A stretch of DNA of 64,000 nucleotides from a virus (IMGVR_UViG_3300027917_000018:96001-160000), one strand, 5' to 3'. Positions 1 through 10,100 are shown, numbered from the stretch's first letter. Made by a program: numbers and translations. The notes: generated by a model from the sequence alone, not told the origin.

Positions 1-1125
1 TATATCGAGTTGAGCGGTTCGACGGCGAGCGGGTCGATCGCCGTGGTTCAGACGTGGGGAAGCGGTGGACTGCCGTGGCCGCACCACATGGAGGCGACCA
101 ATCCCTGCTTTGACGCGGTGTGGGTGCCGGACCAAACTGGCCACGTTTACAAAGTCACGCTGGAGGCTGGCTCGGATTACACCGCCAGGTTTGTGGCGAC
201 TCCGGGCACCTACGGTAACCAGGAGGAGACCGGCGCGCACGTGGGTTTGAGTGGCACGACGGCGGCGAACTACCTGGTCGTGACCGGCTACGGATCGGTT
301 GTTCAGCAGCCCTACGCGGGGACACTTACCACGCCTCCGCTTTACATGTACCTCCATGACGTGCTGCTGGAGGATGTGGGCGGCTCCACGACCTACAACC
401 GGTGGACTGATCCGAACGTGGATGGGCAGTCCATTGGCTACCCGACCATCGATCAAGCTGGTGAAATCTCGCTGACCAACAGCACCAGCCTGCGGGCCGG
501 AACCTACCGGCTCAAGGTGACCAGCGGCAACTTGGGCAAGGTTGACGAGGCGTTCGACGGATTCAGGGTGCTCATTACCGTTGGTGACGCCACCATCGAC
601 CGGACACTGCTGGCAGGCTACGGCGGCAACAACTTCACCGGCACGGATGAATTTGAGTTCAGCCTGGACCACGACATCGACGGTGAGTGGTTGCTCACTT
701 TCGACTGGACCAATCCCTATGAGGACGTGACACGGGGCACGATCCGCCAACTGGTCATTTACGGCTACCAGCTCCGGCGGCTGGAGACCAACATTTACAA
801 GGTTGACGTTCAGGTCGCCGGGACGGAGCCCGACGTGGAACGCATGGCTATCTTTGGTGAGACGGGCGACGGCGGCGTGACGCCCGGCGGCTGGATGGCC
901 CAGTACAACGACTACGGCACGGTCGCGACTTGGCGGCACGAGGGCACGGTTTACCCCTCCAACGACACGCTGACCAGCCGGTACCCGTTGGCGAATTTGC
1001 TCACCGGGATGACCGGGGACAAGCGGGAGGACGTTCTATTCACTGTCTACGGCACCCGTAGCTGGTTTGTCCTGCCGACGGCCTCGACAACCACCTTGAG
1101 CGGGACCTCGACCATTGTGACATGA
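1..1125 (+). CDS. virion structural protein (beta-rich, tail/baseplate-like), 5'-truncated
   Basis: Frame is open from base 1; T/G/D/Y-rich, beta-strand-like; overlaps the next gene by 4 nt (ATGA). Confidence 0.6.
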   Translation, partial: YIELSGSTASGSIAVVQTWGSGGLPWPHHMEATNPCFDAVWVPDQTGHVYKVTLEAGSDYTARFVATPGTYGNQEETGAHVGLSGTTAANYLVVTGYGSVVQQPYAGTLTTPPLYMYLHDVLLEDVGGSTTYNRWTDPNVDGQSIGYPTIDQAGEISLTNSTSLRAGTYRLKVTSGNLGKVDEAFDGFRVLITVGDATIDRTLLAGYGGNNFTGTDEFEFSLDHDIDGEWLLTFDWTNPYEDVTRGTIRQLVIYGYQLRRLETNIYKVDVQVAGTEPDVERMAIFGETGDGGVTPGGWMAQYNDYGTVATWRHEGTVYPSNDTLTSRYPLANLLTGMTGDKREDVLFTVYGTRSWFVLPTASTTTLSGTSTIVT

Positions 1126-2393
1126 ATCAGGTAGGCGACGACAAGACGTTTTACGTGGCGGCCCACACCAGCGGTGCCCGCTACGTCTGGAAGTACTGGG
1201 ACGGGGCCACGGCGGTCTCGGCGCAGAGCGCTGGCAGCAACGTCAAGCGCCTCAACCTGGGCGGCAATCCGGCGGAGGGTTTCACCGTGCCGGTGCGGTG
1301 CGAGGTCGTCGACCCGATCAAAGGCGAAACCGTTTACATCACGACGGGCCGCCTCCCGGTCAACAACCAGCCGACGCTTTACGGCAGCCCGACGGTCAGC
1401 AACAACGACGCGGCTTTCCCCTACCAGACCACCATCGCGATCCGGGCTTATGACTTGGAGGACGCCGGAATTCAGTTCCTGTGGTACTCCGGCAGCAACC
1501 CGGTTAGCGGGTTGGACACGACTTCGGCGAGCATCAGCGTTGAGGGCACCTACTACGGCACGCTGACGGGCCTGACCCGCCAAACCTACCTCAACCAGTT
1601 TAGCACGACGATTTACGGATCGGGCACGACGATGACCTGCAAGATCATCGACGGGGACGCCGGGACGCGCAGGCTGAATTTCGACTTCCGGGGCTACGAT
1701 CCGGCGGCCCCGTCCTTCTCGGTGGCCGCCACGCCCGACGCGCTGACCGCGCAAGCTACCGCCCTGACGACTCAGTTCATCGCGCCGGGCCAGGTGGCCA
1801 ACTTGAGCGCCTACGCCTATGATCCGGTGCCCGGCCAGTTGGTGTTTACGTGGGACCTGAACGGCACCAACGGCTGGAGCGCCCCGGACATTCCCTTCAT
1901 CTACGCCAACGACGGCACGTCGGTCGAGCAGGGCTACAAGAGCGAGTGGCAGCGGCAGTTGGAGGACGAGACGGTCGGTGGCCGAAAGCGGGTGATTGTT
2001 TGGGTGACCAATCCGACCACGAACAAAACCACCAGCACCTATTTCGACATCAACACGGCCATTAACCAGGCCCCGAGCTTCAGCAGCGTCGACATGTACG
2101 ACCCCATTAGCGGGGAGCAGATCACCAGCATCACCAAGGCGGCCTTGCCCACCAGGACCCTCGTCCGGTTTTCCGGCACGGCCAGCGATCCCAACTCGGA
2201 CGTGGTGACCTACAAGTGGGATTTCACGGTTCCGGTTTCGCCCAGCACCTACACACTTTATGGGCGCGATGCGTTCGTCGATGTCAGCGATTGGCCGTCC
2301 GGGGCCTACAGCACTTTGGGTATCGTCACGGCCTACGACCGGTTCGAGCAGGCCAGCAGCCCGGCCAACATTCCCAGTCTGACGGTGACTTAA
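1122..2393 (+). CDS. virion structural protein with Ig/PKD-like repeats
   Basis: Repeated A-Y-D-P..G-(Q/D)-(L/V)-(V/T)-(F/Y)-x-W-D elements (AYDPVPGQLVFTWDL, ASDPNSDVVTYKWDF). Confidence 0.6.
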   Translation: MNQVGDDKTFYVAAHTSGARYVWKYWDGATAVSAQSAGSNVKRLNLGGNPAEGFTVPVRCEVVDPIKGETVYITTGRLPVNNQPTLYGSPTVSNNDAAFPYQTTIAIRAYDLEDAGIQFLWYSGSNPVSGLDTTSASISVEGTYYGTLTGLTRQTYLNQFSTTIYGSGTTMTCKIIDGDAGTRRLNFDFRGYDPAAPSFSVAATPDALTAQATALTTQFIAPGQVANLSAYAYDPVPGQLVFTWDLNGTNGWSAPDIPFIYANDGTSVEQGYKSEWQRQLEDETVGGRKRVIVWVTNPTTNKTTSTYFDINTAINQAPSFSSVDMYDPISGEQITSITKAALPTRTLVRFSGTASDPNSDVVTYKWDFTVPVSPSTYTLYGRDAFVDVSDWPSGAYSTLGIVTAYDRFEQASSPANIPSLTVT

Positions 2394-2402
2394 AGATTAT
2401 TG

Positions 2403-2431
2403 TTGACGGCTAGTTGCTTCAGTGCCATATT
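2403..2431 (+). promoter_or_regulatory. sigma70-like promoter
   Basis: TTGACG-17 nt-CATATT, ending 10 nt before ATG 2441. Confidence 0.55.
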
Positions 2432-2440
2432 ACTCCCGCT

Positions 2441-3094
2441 ATGGCACTAAAACGTCTTAAAGTCAAAACGGTCCCGGCCTCTGCGAAGCCGGGAGAAATT
2501 CCTGAAATCTCCATCGAGGGCGACCTCGTTCGGCAGTACAACAAGGCCAGCGATGCGGCCAAGCAGGCGGAGGCCACGATGAAGGAGCTGAAGCCCGATG
2601 TCCTGGAAATTGGGCAGGGCGAGGTCCTCACGCGCTCCGTTGCCGACCCCATTCACCCGACCTTCACGGTCAAGCTGGTCGACGAGACTGGCGAGGCGCT
2701 GCGGGTCCAGTTCACCAAGCGCTATGGGCAGATTGCCGACGTGGACGCCTTGGAGCAGCTCTTCGAGGAAGCCGACGTGGACATCAACCAGCACGTTCAG
2801 GAGAAAGTGGTTGGTGTTTTCGATTCCAAGGTTTTCCTCGACGACAAGGGCGAGTTCAGCCGTAAGAAGTACGATGCCTACCTCAAGGCGGTACAGGCGG
2901 TCGCGGCCAAGTTCGGCGACAGCTGCCCGTTGTCCACCGACAAGCAGATCACGCCCAAGGATACGTGGCACGACAAGCGGTGGTCGGTCTTCACGAGCGT
3001 TGAATCCCAGGCCGAGCTGGTGCGTCTGATGCCCAATACGACTCAGATTGTGCCGGTCCGGGCCAAGAACGGCGACAAATTGCCTGCTGAGTAG
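2441..3094 (+). CDS. hypothetical protein
   Basis: 217-aa ORF; start placed at ATG 2441 just after the promoter. Confidence 0.7.
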   Translation: MALKRLKVKTVPASAKPGEIPEISIEGDLVRQYNKASDAAKQAEATMKELKPDVLEIGQGEVLTRSVADPIHPTFTVKLVDETGEALRVQFTKRYGQIADVDALEQLFEEADVDINQHVQEKVVGVFDSKVFLDDKGEFSRKKYDAYLKAVQAVAAKFGDSCPLSTDKQITPKDTWHDKRWSVFTSVESQAELVRLMPNTTQIVPVRAKNGDKLPAE

Positions 3095-3120
3095 TCCCTA
3101 AGTCCCAGCCCAACCCCAGG

Positions 3121-3151
3121 CGGGCCACCAGCAATGGTGGCCCGTTCTTTT
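3121..3151 (+). terminator. intrinsic terminator
   Basis: CGGGCCACCA-gcaa-TGGTGGCCCG perfect 10-bp stem followed by TTCTTTT. Confidence 0.75.
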
Positions 3152-3157
3152 ATGGTG

Positions 3158-3466
3158 ATGAAGAACAACGGCAGACCCAAGCATCAGACAAAGCCAGAAC
3201 GTTTACGCGAGCGACTTCGGGGCCGACCAGACAACGACTTCAAAGTCGCTATGATTCAAGCCATTCAGAAGGTGGAAATAGTGAGCCATCCCAGCCAGCA
3301 GGAAGCCTTTGACCTGTTGGGCATGGCGATCACATTCTACGACCGCAAGGACGCGCTTCGGGCGCAACTGGCCATGTTTTTCGCCGGGGCCATCGCGGAT
3401 GACCGGGTGGCCGAAAAGGTCCGTGCCCTGGTGTTCTCCCATACGACCGTCCCCAAGCGGAATTGA
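3158..3466 (+). CDS. hypothetical protein
   Basis: ORF; start moved downstream of the terminator hairpin. Confidence 0.55.
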   Translation: MKNNGRPKHQTKPERLRERLRGRPDNDFKVAMIQAIQKVEIVSHPSQQEAFDLLGMAITFYDRKDALRAQLAMFFAGAIADDRVAEKVRALVFSHTTVPKRN

Positions 3467-3564
3467 AAATTATTGATTACCTGTAGCAGATCGTTTACAT
3501 TAGGTGTGTGCCTCATTACTGGTGGTTTTATGAGCCAGCACACCGGCAGCGCGGTCGGCATTCT

Positions 3565-4110
3565 ATGCAACCTGAATCAGTCAAAGAGAAAGCAGTCGAG
3601 GATTTCCGCCGTGGTGACCCCTTAAAGGACATTGCGATCCGTTACGGCGTATCCGAAGGATCGGTCAGTCTATGGGCCAAGGCGGCGGGCTTGCGCCGCA
3701 GCCGAGGTTGTCGGCCCAAGCTGCGGCCTAGCCGCACGGACTGGGAAATCGTCGAAGCCGTGCGCTCCGTGACCAACGGCCACCCGACGCTCAAGGAGAT
3801 TGGCGAGCAGTTCGGCGGCATGTCGCGGGCCGGGGTTCATCGCATCTACAAGAAATGGCGGCACTGGAAACCCAAGATGCCATTCCCGAAGGGCTCGGTG
3901 ATTCGGTACGGCAAGCACGACTACGAGGTCGTCGAGCCGGGACTTTTTGCCGGGCTGGTTCGTGGAATCGATACGGGCCGGACCCGCGAGGTTGAATGGG
4001 TGACCACAACCACACAGGCGGTCCTTCTCAAGGGCCGCCGCCGTTCAAAGACTCTTTCGTATGAGGAGCCTGTTTCAAACCATCGGAAGATGGCTCGACG
4101 GCTGGAATGA
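3565..4110 (+). CDS. double helix-turn-helix DNA-binding protein
   Basis: PLKDIAIRYGVSEGSVSLW and PTLKEIGEQFGGMSRAGVHRI HTH patterns. Confidence 0.7.
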   Translation: MQPESVKEKAVEDFRRGDPLKDIAIRYGVSEGSVSLWAKAAGLRRSRGCRPKLRPSRTDWEIVEAVRSVTNGHPTLKEIGEQFGGMSRAGVHRIYKKWRHWKPKMPFPKGSVIRYGKHDYEVVEPGLFAGLVRGIDTGRTREVEWVTTTTQAVLLKGRRRSKTLSYEEPVSNHRKMARRLE

Positions 4111-4194
4111 GCATCCGAGCCATATTATCACCCTTGGCGTCGTCGCCCTGATCCTGGGCGGGTTGGCCATAACCTTTGCGTTATTGGCCACCCC

Positions 4195-4743
4195 ATGAGG
4201 ATTCGACTCAACCCAAACCGGGGCCGCCTGGCCTTAACCCTCGGAGGACTGATTGTCGGCATCATGCTTTTGATCGTCGGCTTCGCCGTCGTTTTCCTGC
4301 TCTTGCGTTTGGCCAAGATCAAGCCGCGTGAGCTTCCCGACGACGTTCAGGAGGAGATGGAGCGGGAGTACCCAGGCTACGAGACCAACCACAGCGCTCA
4401 GGCGTGGCCGGTACACTACGTTCCAGCGGCCCTGGACTTGGTAACGCCCGAACCCAACGCGCCGATTTACGAGAAGGTCCTCATCGACAACGACTTTCTG
4501 GTTCAAAAGTGCATCGACGGGACGCTGACCAACTGGCTGACCGAGTTCCACTGGATCATCAGCGGGTACTCCTTCGACATGGCTGAGGACGAGAACGGCG
4601 TGCCGTGGGTTTCCGGCTTTGCTGCGTTTACGAACGAGGGTGTCTCGTATCGAATGAAGGAGGACTACTCGGGCTTCGACATCCAAGTCGCGCCCGAGGT
4701 CATGGCCACCAACCGGGCGATGTTCTGGAGGACGACCAAGTAG
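4195..4743 (+). CDS. membrane-anchored hypothetical protein
   Basis: N-terminal hydrophobic segment LALTLGGLIVGIMLLIVGFAVVFLLL. Confidence 0.6.
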   Translation: MRIRLNPNRGRLALTLGGLIVGIMLLIVGFAVVFLLLRLAKIKPRELPDDVQEEMEREYPGYETNHSAQAWPVHYVPAALDLVTPEPNAPIYEKVLIDNDFLVQKCIDGTLTNWLTEFHWIISGYSFDMAEDENGVPWVSGFAAFTNEGVSYRMKEDYSGFDIQVAPEVMATNRAMFWRTTK

Positions 4744-4754
4744 TTCCGCGCCCT

Positions 4755-4763
4755 GTAATTAGG
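4755..4763 (+). promoter_or_regulatory. GTARTTAR motif (candidate late promoter)
   Basis: GTAATTAGG; TAATTA ends 4 nt before GTG 4766. Confidence 0.5.
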
Positions 4764-4765
4764 GT

Positions 4766-5278
4766 GTGATCTATCGGTTCCGCAGTCCCGCCTTCGTCGG
4801 TGCGCTCGGTGGACGGCCCAACGACCAAATCGAGGGCTATACCGCCGGGCCGTACGACACCTTCGAGGGGTACACGCCTGCCGACCCCGTCACCAAGACT
4901 CTGAACTACGGCTACGGCTGGACTGGCCCGTGGGTTCTAGCCTCAAGCGAGTTTGGGGCGACGGCTGAGGATTCGTACGAGAGCTATCCGACACAAGACC
5001 CAATTGGCACGCTGAACCAGGGCACTGGCTGGCAGGGCCAATGGATCGCGTCAGACAGTGCTTACGGCCTTCAGTCCACAGAGACGTTTGAAGATTACGG
5101 CACCGGCCAGGTCACGGAAGTTTTGCAAGGCGGTACCAACTGGACCGGCACAGCTTCGTTCTTCCTGAACTACCTTGGCACCGAAACCTTTGAGTATGGA
5201 ACCGGGACAGCCGTTCCGTCGGCGATGATCGACGGCCTTGGATGGAACGGCACGACGAGCATCGAAACCAACGTTTAG
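4766..5278 (+). CDS. tail-tip/fibre accessory protein with FExY / GWxGxW repeats
   Basis: Four imperfect repeats (DTFEGY, DSYESY, ETFEDY, ETFEY; GWTGPW, GWQGQW); resembles the N-half of 48078-49349. Confidence 0.55.
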   Translation: MIYRFRSPAFVGALGGRPNDQIEGYTAGPYDTFEGYTPADPVTKTLNYGYGWTGPWVLASSEFGATAEDSYESYPTQDPIGTLNQGTGWQGQWIASDSAYGLQSTETFEDYGTGQVTEVLQGGTNWTGTASFFLNYLGTETFEYGTGTAVPSAMIDGLGWNGTTSIETNV

Positions 5279-5280
5279 CT

Positions 5281-6015
5281 ATGGCACTGATTGGCCTGAC
5301 AACCTTCGGAGACGGCGACCACAAATACCTCCAGCTTGGCAACGAGGAATGGGGCCGCGAGTACTCAATGGGCACCAACTGGACCTTGCTGCGGGTTGTG
5401 GCGCTCGTAAACGTCGTGCCCAGCGGCACCAGCAACATCCCCAACGGCCATCTGCGCTTGGGCGTTTCAGCTGCCAGGGATGATCACCTTGGCAGTGGGA
5501 GCGCGGGATTATGGTACGGCTCAATCGCTTGTGGGAACAACACATCCGCTTCGTTGGTAGGTGGCGTTTGGACGTACAACGCGGGCGGCGGCGAGCCTTA
5601 TTTCAGCAGCTCCAGCCACTATCGCATGCGGTCTGTCGGCGGTGTGCTGAGCGGCAGCTCCAACGCGGGCGGCCATTACATTCCGACCACAGAAGGAACG
5701 CCGCGCCGGGGTATCCTGGCCACCGAATGCTACAAGAGCGGCCTGAACATGATTGTCGGGGCCAACTACGTTACGGCCTCGACAGTCGACTTCACGCTCA
5801 GTAATGCGATCGAGTTGGCTGAAACCGGGTTCACCAAAGTTTTGGGTGCAGGCTTCAGTGTAGCCGGTCAAACGGTCAACGGCGGGAGCACCACCTTTGG
5901 CGCTCACGACACGAACGCCGCGCTCTACGGGGACTCAATCGCCGCCCACATTTCCTGGAGTTCAACCGTCTATCCCCTACGTGTTTACGCCGTAGCCGTA
6001 GCCCGGATCGCCTAG
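5281..6015 (+). CDS. tail-associated protein, paralog family A
   Basis: GTNWTLLRV motif shared with 6019, 49346 and 50094. Confidence 0.55.
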   Translation: MALIGLTTFGDGDHKYLQLGNEEWGREYSMGTNWTLLRVVALVNVVPSGTSNIPNGHLRLGVSAARDDHLGSGSAGLWYGSIACGNNTSASLVGGVWTYNAGGGEPYFSSSSHYRMRSVGGVLSGSSNAGGHYIPTTEGTPRRGILATECYKSGLNMIVGANYVTASTVDFTLSNAIELAETGFTKVLGAGFSVAGQTVNGGSTTFGAHDTNAALYGDSIAAHISWSSTVYPLRVYAVAVARIA

Positions 6016-6018
6016 CTT

Positions 6019-6768
6019 ATGTCTGCGTCAATCATCATTCGTGACTTCGAGGCCGCCGATCAAAAGCGGATCGTGCTCAGCAATTCCGAGATGGCCAGGA
6101 TTTTCGACATTGGCACGAATTGGAATCAGCTCAGAATCGGTGTCCACTACATCCTGACCGACCCAGGCCACGACCTGTACACACCCAGGAATTACTACGG
6201 CGTGATTGCCAGCCCCAACGGCAGCAACGGCGTGCTTACCTCCTCCACGAGCCATTTCCTGGGTTGTCGTAACAATCCCTCAATCGCAATGGTTCGGATC
6301 GGGATCGTTGGGGACACGCCCGGCCAGTCCTACTTCCGGGCGAACAACACCAGCAGCCACCAGGTTGTCAAGCGCATCGGTTCAACCGATACGGCAGTTG
6401 CCGTTGCGACTGGCAACCAGTCCTTGGTTGGAACGCCGACGACCCGGCGCAGCGTGCTCCTGGTGGAAATCACCAAGGGTAGCCCAAACTTCACGGTTCA
6501 GGCTGCCGCTTTGCGCGGCGACCAGGCCCTTACGACTACCGGCGTGCTGGATACGACCACCGCAAATTTGACGGCGGCAATGGAGGCTGCCGACATGACT
6601 GGAGCGGTAACGGCGCTCAACCTGGGCATCAGCTATCTGCTGCGGACTGCGAGCACCATCGCCGTAAACGAGGCCGCCGACGGCTATTTCAATGCTGTCT
6701 GTATCGGCTGGGGCCATACGACGCACTTGATGGAGGTCAGCAACCTGCTGGTCTCGAAGGTCAGCTAG
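6019..6768 (+). CDS. tail-associated protein, paralog family A
   Basis: GTNWNQLRIG, ITKGSPNF and EAADGYFNAV..EVSN..KVS closely match 50094-50816. Confidence 0.6.
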   Translation: MSASIIIRDFEAADQKRIVLSNSEMARIFDIGTNWNQLRIGVHYILTDPGHDLYTPRNYYGVIASPNGSNGVLTSSTSHFLGCRNNPSIAMVRIGIVGDTPGQSYFRANNTSSHQVVKRIGSTDTAVAVATGNQSLVGTPTTRRSVLLVEITKGSPNFTVQAAALRGDQALTTTGVLDTTTANLTAAMEAADMTGAVTALNLGISYLLRTASTIAVNEAADGYFNAVCIGWGHTTHLMEVSNLLVSKVS

Positions 6769-7270
6769 TCAGGAAGCGGTCGTCGGTGACCTGGATCGGC
6801 ACGCCCTTCAGGTCGATGGGGAACCAAAGATTGACGGCTTCCTTGGCCGGACCCATTGGCTCCATCTCCACCGCCTCGGACTCGCGCACGAGTTTTTGGA
6901 TGCCAAAGAGGTTGAGGATGCGCTGGACGCTGCCGATGTCCGGGTAAAGGCGGGGCAGGCTGCTGCTGACCTGGAAATGGGCTTTCCAGCCGTCGGTATG
7001 CTGCTCGATGACGAAAACGACCCGGCAGGCGTTCTTGCTGCGCTGTGCCGTGTCCGGTTCCGGGCTGCTGGAGGGCCGCTGTACCGGCTCCAGGGCGTCG
7101 AGCATCAAGACATGGTTCGGATCAGCGCCGGGCGGCTTGGTGCCCGCAGCGAGCCGTTTACGCATGTCCGTGAGGCTGTAGCGGTGGGCCAGGGCAAATT
7201 CGCGCACCTGGGCGGCCCGCTGCTTGGCTTCCTCGTCGATGATGTAGGTCCGCAAATCGGTGTTGGCCAT
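6761..7270 (-). CDS. hypothetical protein
   Basis: ATG 7270 preceded by AGGAG Shine-Dalgarno. Confidence 0.65.
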   Translation of the reverse strand: MANTDLRTYIIDEEAKQRAAQVREFALAHRYSLTDMRKRLAAGTKPPGADPNHVLMLDALEPVQRPSSSPEPDTAQRSKNACRVVFVIEQHTDGWKAHFQVSSSLPRLYPDIGSVQRILNLFGIQKLVRESEAVEMEPMGPAKEAVNLWFPIDLKGVPIQVTDDRFLTS

Positions 7271-7284
7271 ATCTCCTAGAACGG

Positions 7285-7584
7285 TTAATTGATGGCGGCG
7301 GCAAAGCCCCGGACCGTTTCCCGCCACCATCCCAGGACGACCGGATCGGCTTTGAGGACATCCGCCAGCGCGTCGTACGGCTGCTCGAAGGTTTCCGCCA
7401 CGAACGTCTGGTGGGGCAGGAGCGTCAGGTCCACGGGCTCGAAGAGCACCACGTCGCAGGTGGTTGTGTCCGGGTCCCATTTCCACATGAACCCGATGAT
7501 CTGGTCCCCGTTGAAGATGGCCTGACCTGGCCGGACATCCAGCGAGTGATCCCGCATCTGCATTTGATAGTGCTGAACTCTCAT
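7285..7584 (-). CDS. hypothetical protein
   Basis: ORF in a tightly packed minus-strand run. Confidence 0.55.
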   Translation of the reverse strand: MRVQHYQMQMRDHSLDVRPGQAIFNGDQIIGFMWKWDPDTTTCDVVLFEPVDLTLLPHQTFVAETFEQPYDALADVLKADPVVLGWWRETVRGFAAAIN

Positions 7585-7588
7585 TTGT

Positions 7589-7879
7589 TTACAAATCTAT
7601 CAAGGCCGCTTCACGCTTGTTCTCTTGTAGAACGGCTTCGCCTTTGTCCCGGTCAGCATCCAGGAGCGTGAGCTGCTTTTCGTGGTACCACGCGGTAACG
7701 TGCCAGCCATCCGGCTCGTGGACCAGCAGGTTGTAATCGTGATGGTTGTTGCCGCCGTAGGCATCGCTGTAGCTGTGGACGACGATCGCCTCAAGCCCCG
7801 CTGGAAAGTGGGTCATTGCCGGGCCAAGATTGTCAGCGATCCTGACGCGGTGTCCCCGAAAGAATTTCTGCTTTTTCAT
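7589..7879 (-). CDS. hypothetical protein (SH3-like beta pattern)
   Basis: MKKQKFFRGHRVRI...WYHEKQLTLL; ATGA-coupled to the upstream gene. Confidence 0.6.
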   Translation of the reverse strand: MKKQKFFRGHRVRIADNLGPAMTHFPAGLEAIVVHSYSDAYGGNNHHDYNLLVHEPDGWHVTAWYHEKQLTLLDADRDKGEAVLQENKREAALIDL

Positions 7880-8394
7880 AATGCGACGTGCCCGTAGAAG
7901 ACCCGCTCGGCCCGGTAGTTGAAGTTGGAGCCGGTGACCGCCGCGATGAAGCTGACGCGGTTGTTCTTGTCCCAGCCGTCCAGTTCGCACTGGCCGTGCC
8001 ACATGCCGTGAGCCAGCAGGTAGCAGTTGCACCTGAACTTGGCCCATATCATCCGTATTCGGCTGGGCGGGCTCTTGCAGGATTCCACCAGCTCCACCTT
8101 GGCCGTCGGGCTCAAGGTGATGCTGAAAGCGTGGTCGCCGGTCAGGAACCGGTAATCGCCCTGGAGCAGGTCGCCGTAGCCGAAGGGCTTGCGATCCCCG
8201 CACCGGATGCACTCATCCCATTGGTTGCCCGTGATGTCCCGGTTGCCGTGATAGTCGCAGGGCGTGGCCACGCATTGGGTGACCCAGCGCTCCCTGGGGT
8301 GATAGGGATTGCCGATCACGTGCGGCCCGGCGTGGCCCTCGGCCATCGTGCATGGGCTGCCGGTATCGGGGTTGGTGCTGGGGCACGGCTTCAT
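7876..8394 (-). CDS. Cys/His-rich hypothetical protein
   Basis: ORF with several C/H clusters; coupled to its neighbour. Confidence 0.5.
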   Translation of the reverse strand: MKPCPSTNPDTGSPCTMAEGHAGPHVIGNPYHPRERWVTQCVATPCDYHGNRDITGNQWDECIRCGDRKPFGYGDLLQGDYRFLTGDHAFSITLSPTAKVELVESCKSPPSRIRMIWAKFRCNCYLLAHGMWHGQCELDGWDKNNRVSFIAAVTGSNFNYRAERVFYGHVAL

Positions 8395-8420
8395 AAGGAA
8401 GTGAGGAGGCCGCAGGTGGA

Positions 8421-8777
8421 CTACTTGCTCGCGTGTGTCGCAGGTTCCGTTCTAGCGCCACGCCCTTTCTTGCGAGGGCGGCTCCGGCGCGGCTTTGATC
8501 CGGGAGGCGCGGCCTCCTCAAAGGCTTTCTTGACGATCGACTGGTCCAAGGGCGCGAACTTCTTGCTGAAGTGAACGGTCTCCCGGAGCATCCGGCTCAC
8601 GATTTCCAGCCGGAGCGCGGTCAGCTCGTGGGCCACCTGGTCGAATTCGTCCCGGAAGTAGAGGATGACCTCCACCAGCTCGGCCTTGGTGGTCTTGGGC
8701 GAGAGCATGTCCTCCGAGATGTCGTTGCTGATCTGGAGGATTCGGTCGATTGGAATGCGATAATGTTTACGCTTCAT
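8421..8777 (-). CDS. hypothetical coiled-coil protein with basic tail
   Basis: Helical heptads, K/R-rich C-terminus; start approximate. Confidence 0.5.
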   Translation of the reverse strand: MKRKHYRIPIDRILQISNDISEDMLSPKTTKAELVEVILYFRDEFDQVAHELTALRLEIVSRMLRETVHFSKKFAPLDQSIVKKAFEEAAPPGSKPRRSRPRKKGRGARTEPATHASK

Positions 8778-9144
8778 AAAGTCGAATTGCGGTTCGTTCC
8801 CAGTAGGCTTGCCGCTCCCGCTTACCGTCAAACACCCAGCTGGCGTGCTGGACGACGTTGTCGGTCGCGTCGTCCGTAAACACCCACCCGCCCTCGGTTG
8901 CCAAGAGAATCGTGCCGTCCCGGCGCGGCCCGACCGCCACCAGGCAGAACGGCCACCGAAGATACTCGAAGTTGTGGCACCACAGCTCTTTGGCGACCAC
9001 GTAAACGGCTGCCGCGTCGATCCGCCTGGCCACGTGAATCAGCTTCTCGGGCAGCTGGAACCGGATGAAAGGCACGGCTTCGTCGGGCGTGTGGATGGCC
9101 TCGGTCGCCTTGATCGCCCGCAAAGCTCGTTCCTTCAGGTTCAT
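8767..9144 (-). CDS. hypothetical protein
   Basis: ATG 9144 overlaps the stop of the upstream gene. Confidence 0.55.
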   Translation of the reverse strand: MNLKERALRAIKATEAIHTPDEAVPFIRFQLPEKLIHVARRIDAAAVYVVAKELWCHNFEYLRWPFCLVAVGPRRDGTILLATEGGWVFTDDATDNVVQHASWVFDGKRERQAYWERTAIRLYEA

Positions 9145-9419
9145 CGCGCCATCTTCAAAAGCCGCTCCGCATGCTCCTTGCGCAGGACTTCGGCCATTTT
9201 GATCAGCGCCTCGCCCATGACCTGGTTCATTTCGTTGGTTTCGATGCCTTGCAGGGCGTGGCCGTAGCTTTCCAGCACTGCCGCCTCGTAAAGGGGCTTC
9301 TGCTTGAGCCAGTCGATCTGCTCCTGGTACTGCTGCGGCGTCGGGCATTTGTGCAGCAGCATGACCGTGAGCAACGTCGCGCACACGGCGGACCAGAGCA
9401 CTCGTTCTTTGTTTCTCAT
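9141..9419 (-). CDS. hypothetical protein with N-terminal TM/signal segment
   Basis: VLWSAVCATLLTVMLL; ATGA-coupled. Confidence 0.55.
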   Translation of the reverse strand: MRNKERVLWSAVCATLLTVMLLHKCPTPQQYQEQIDWLKQKPLYEAAVLESYGHALQGIETNEMNQVMGEALIKMAEVLRKEHAERLLKMAR

Positions 9420-9862
9420 GACGTGCGGTTCAACAGAATTCGGGTCAAAGCGACCGATCTTTGGGTATAGAACAGCAATTCGTCGCCGTAGTGGTAGCCC
9501 GTCATGTTCATGAGCCAGTGGAGCACGTCGCCAATTTGCTCCTCGCCCGCGCCTTCCAGGACACAAGCCAGCTCGAACGCCTTGGCGTGCTTGTCTGATC
9601 CGCCGCACTTCTTGAAGGTCGCCGACAGGATGTCAGGCCGGTCGAACCATTCCCGCAGCTCCGGGGTGATCTTCACGTTTTTGATCTGGAAGGCGACCCG
9701 CTTGCTCAAGTGGTCGCTGTAGCGGGCAAAGAACAGCGGCTCGCCAAAGTGCTCCCGGAGCGCCTTGCCCGTCTCCAACGCCCACCGGCAGTAGTCCTCG
9801 TGGGACATGTCCGTGTCCAGTTCCACGGTGACCATCGTCCACTTCCTGGCAAACAAGCCCAT
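9416..9862 (-). CDS. hypothetical protein
   Basis: ORF in a coupled run. Confidence 0.55.
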   Translation of the reverse strand: MGLFARKWTMVTVELDTDMSHEDYCRWALETGKALREHFGEPLFFARYSDHLSKRVAFQIKNVKITPELREWFDRPDILSATFKKCGGSDKHAKAFELACVLEGAGEEQIGDVLHWLMNMTGYHYGDELLFYTQRSVALTRILLNRTS

Positions 9863-9863
9863 A

Positions 9864-10100
9864 TCAGCCCTTTTTCGACCGGCGCTTCTTCTCTTTTTCA
9901 CGCTGTTCCTTCCAATGACGTTCCATAGATTCCAGCTCAGCCCGGAGAACCGCGACAAAGCCTGGGTTGTCTGCGTAGAGGCGGATGCGCTCCTGAAGCT
10001 TGGCCCTTTGTTTGTAGTAGCGGTTGCGCAAATAATTGCGCTGCGTTTCCTCCATCGCGGCTTGTTGCATCGATCCCATATCAGCTTTCCTCCGGCTCAC
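9864..10100 (-). CDS. small basic hypothetical protein
   Basis: R/K-rich helical ORF. Confidence 0.5.
   Translation of the reverse strand: MSRRKADMGSMQQAAMEETQRNYLRNRYYKQRAKLQERIRLYADNPGFVAVLRAELESMERHWKEQREKEKKRRSKKG

Noticed and set aside
3565-4110. IS3-like transposase orfA
   Set aside because: HTH only; no DDE orfB, terminal inverted repeats or target duplication.
5282-5296. sigma54 -24/-12 promoter (TGGCAC-TGATT-GGCC)
   Set aside because: The -12 element does not match TTGC and the site is inside a coding start.
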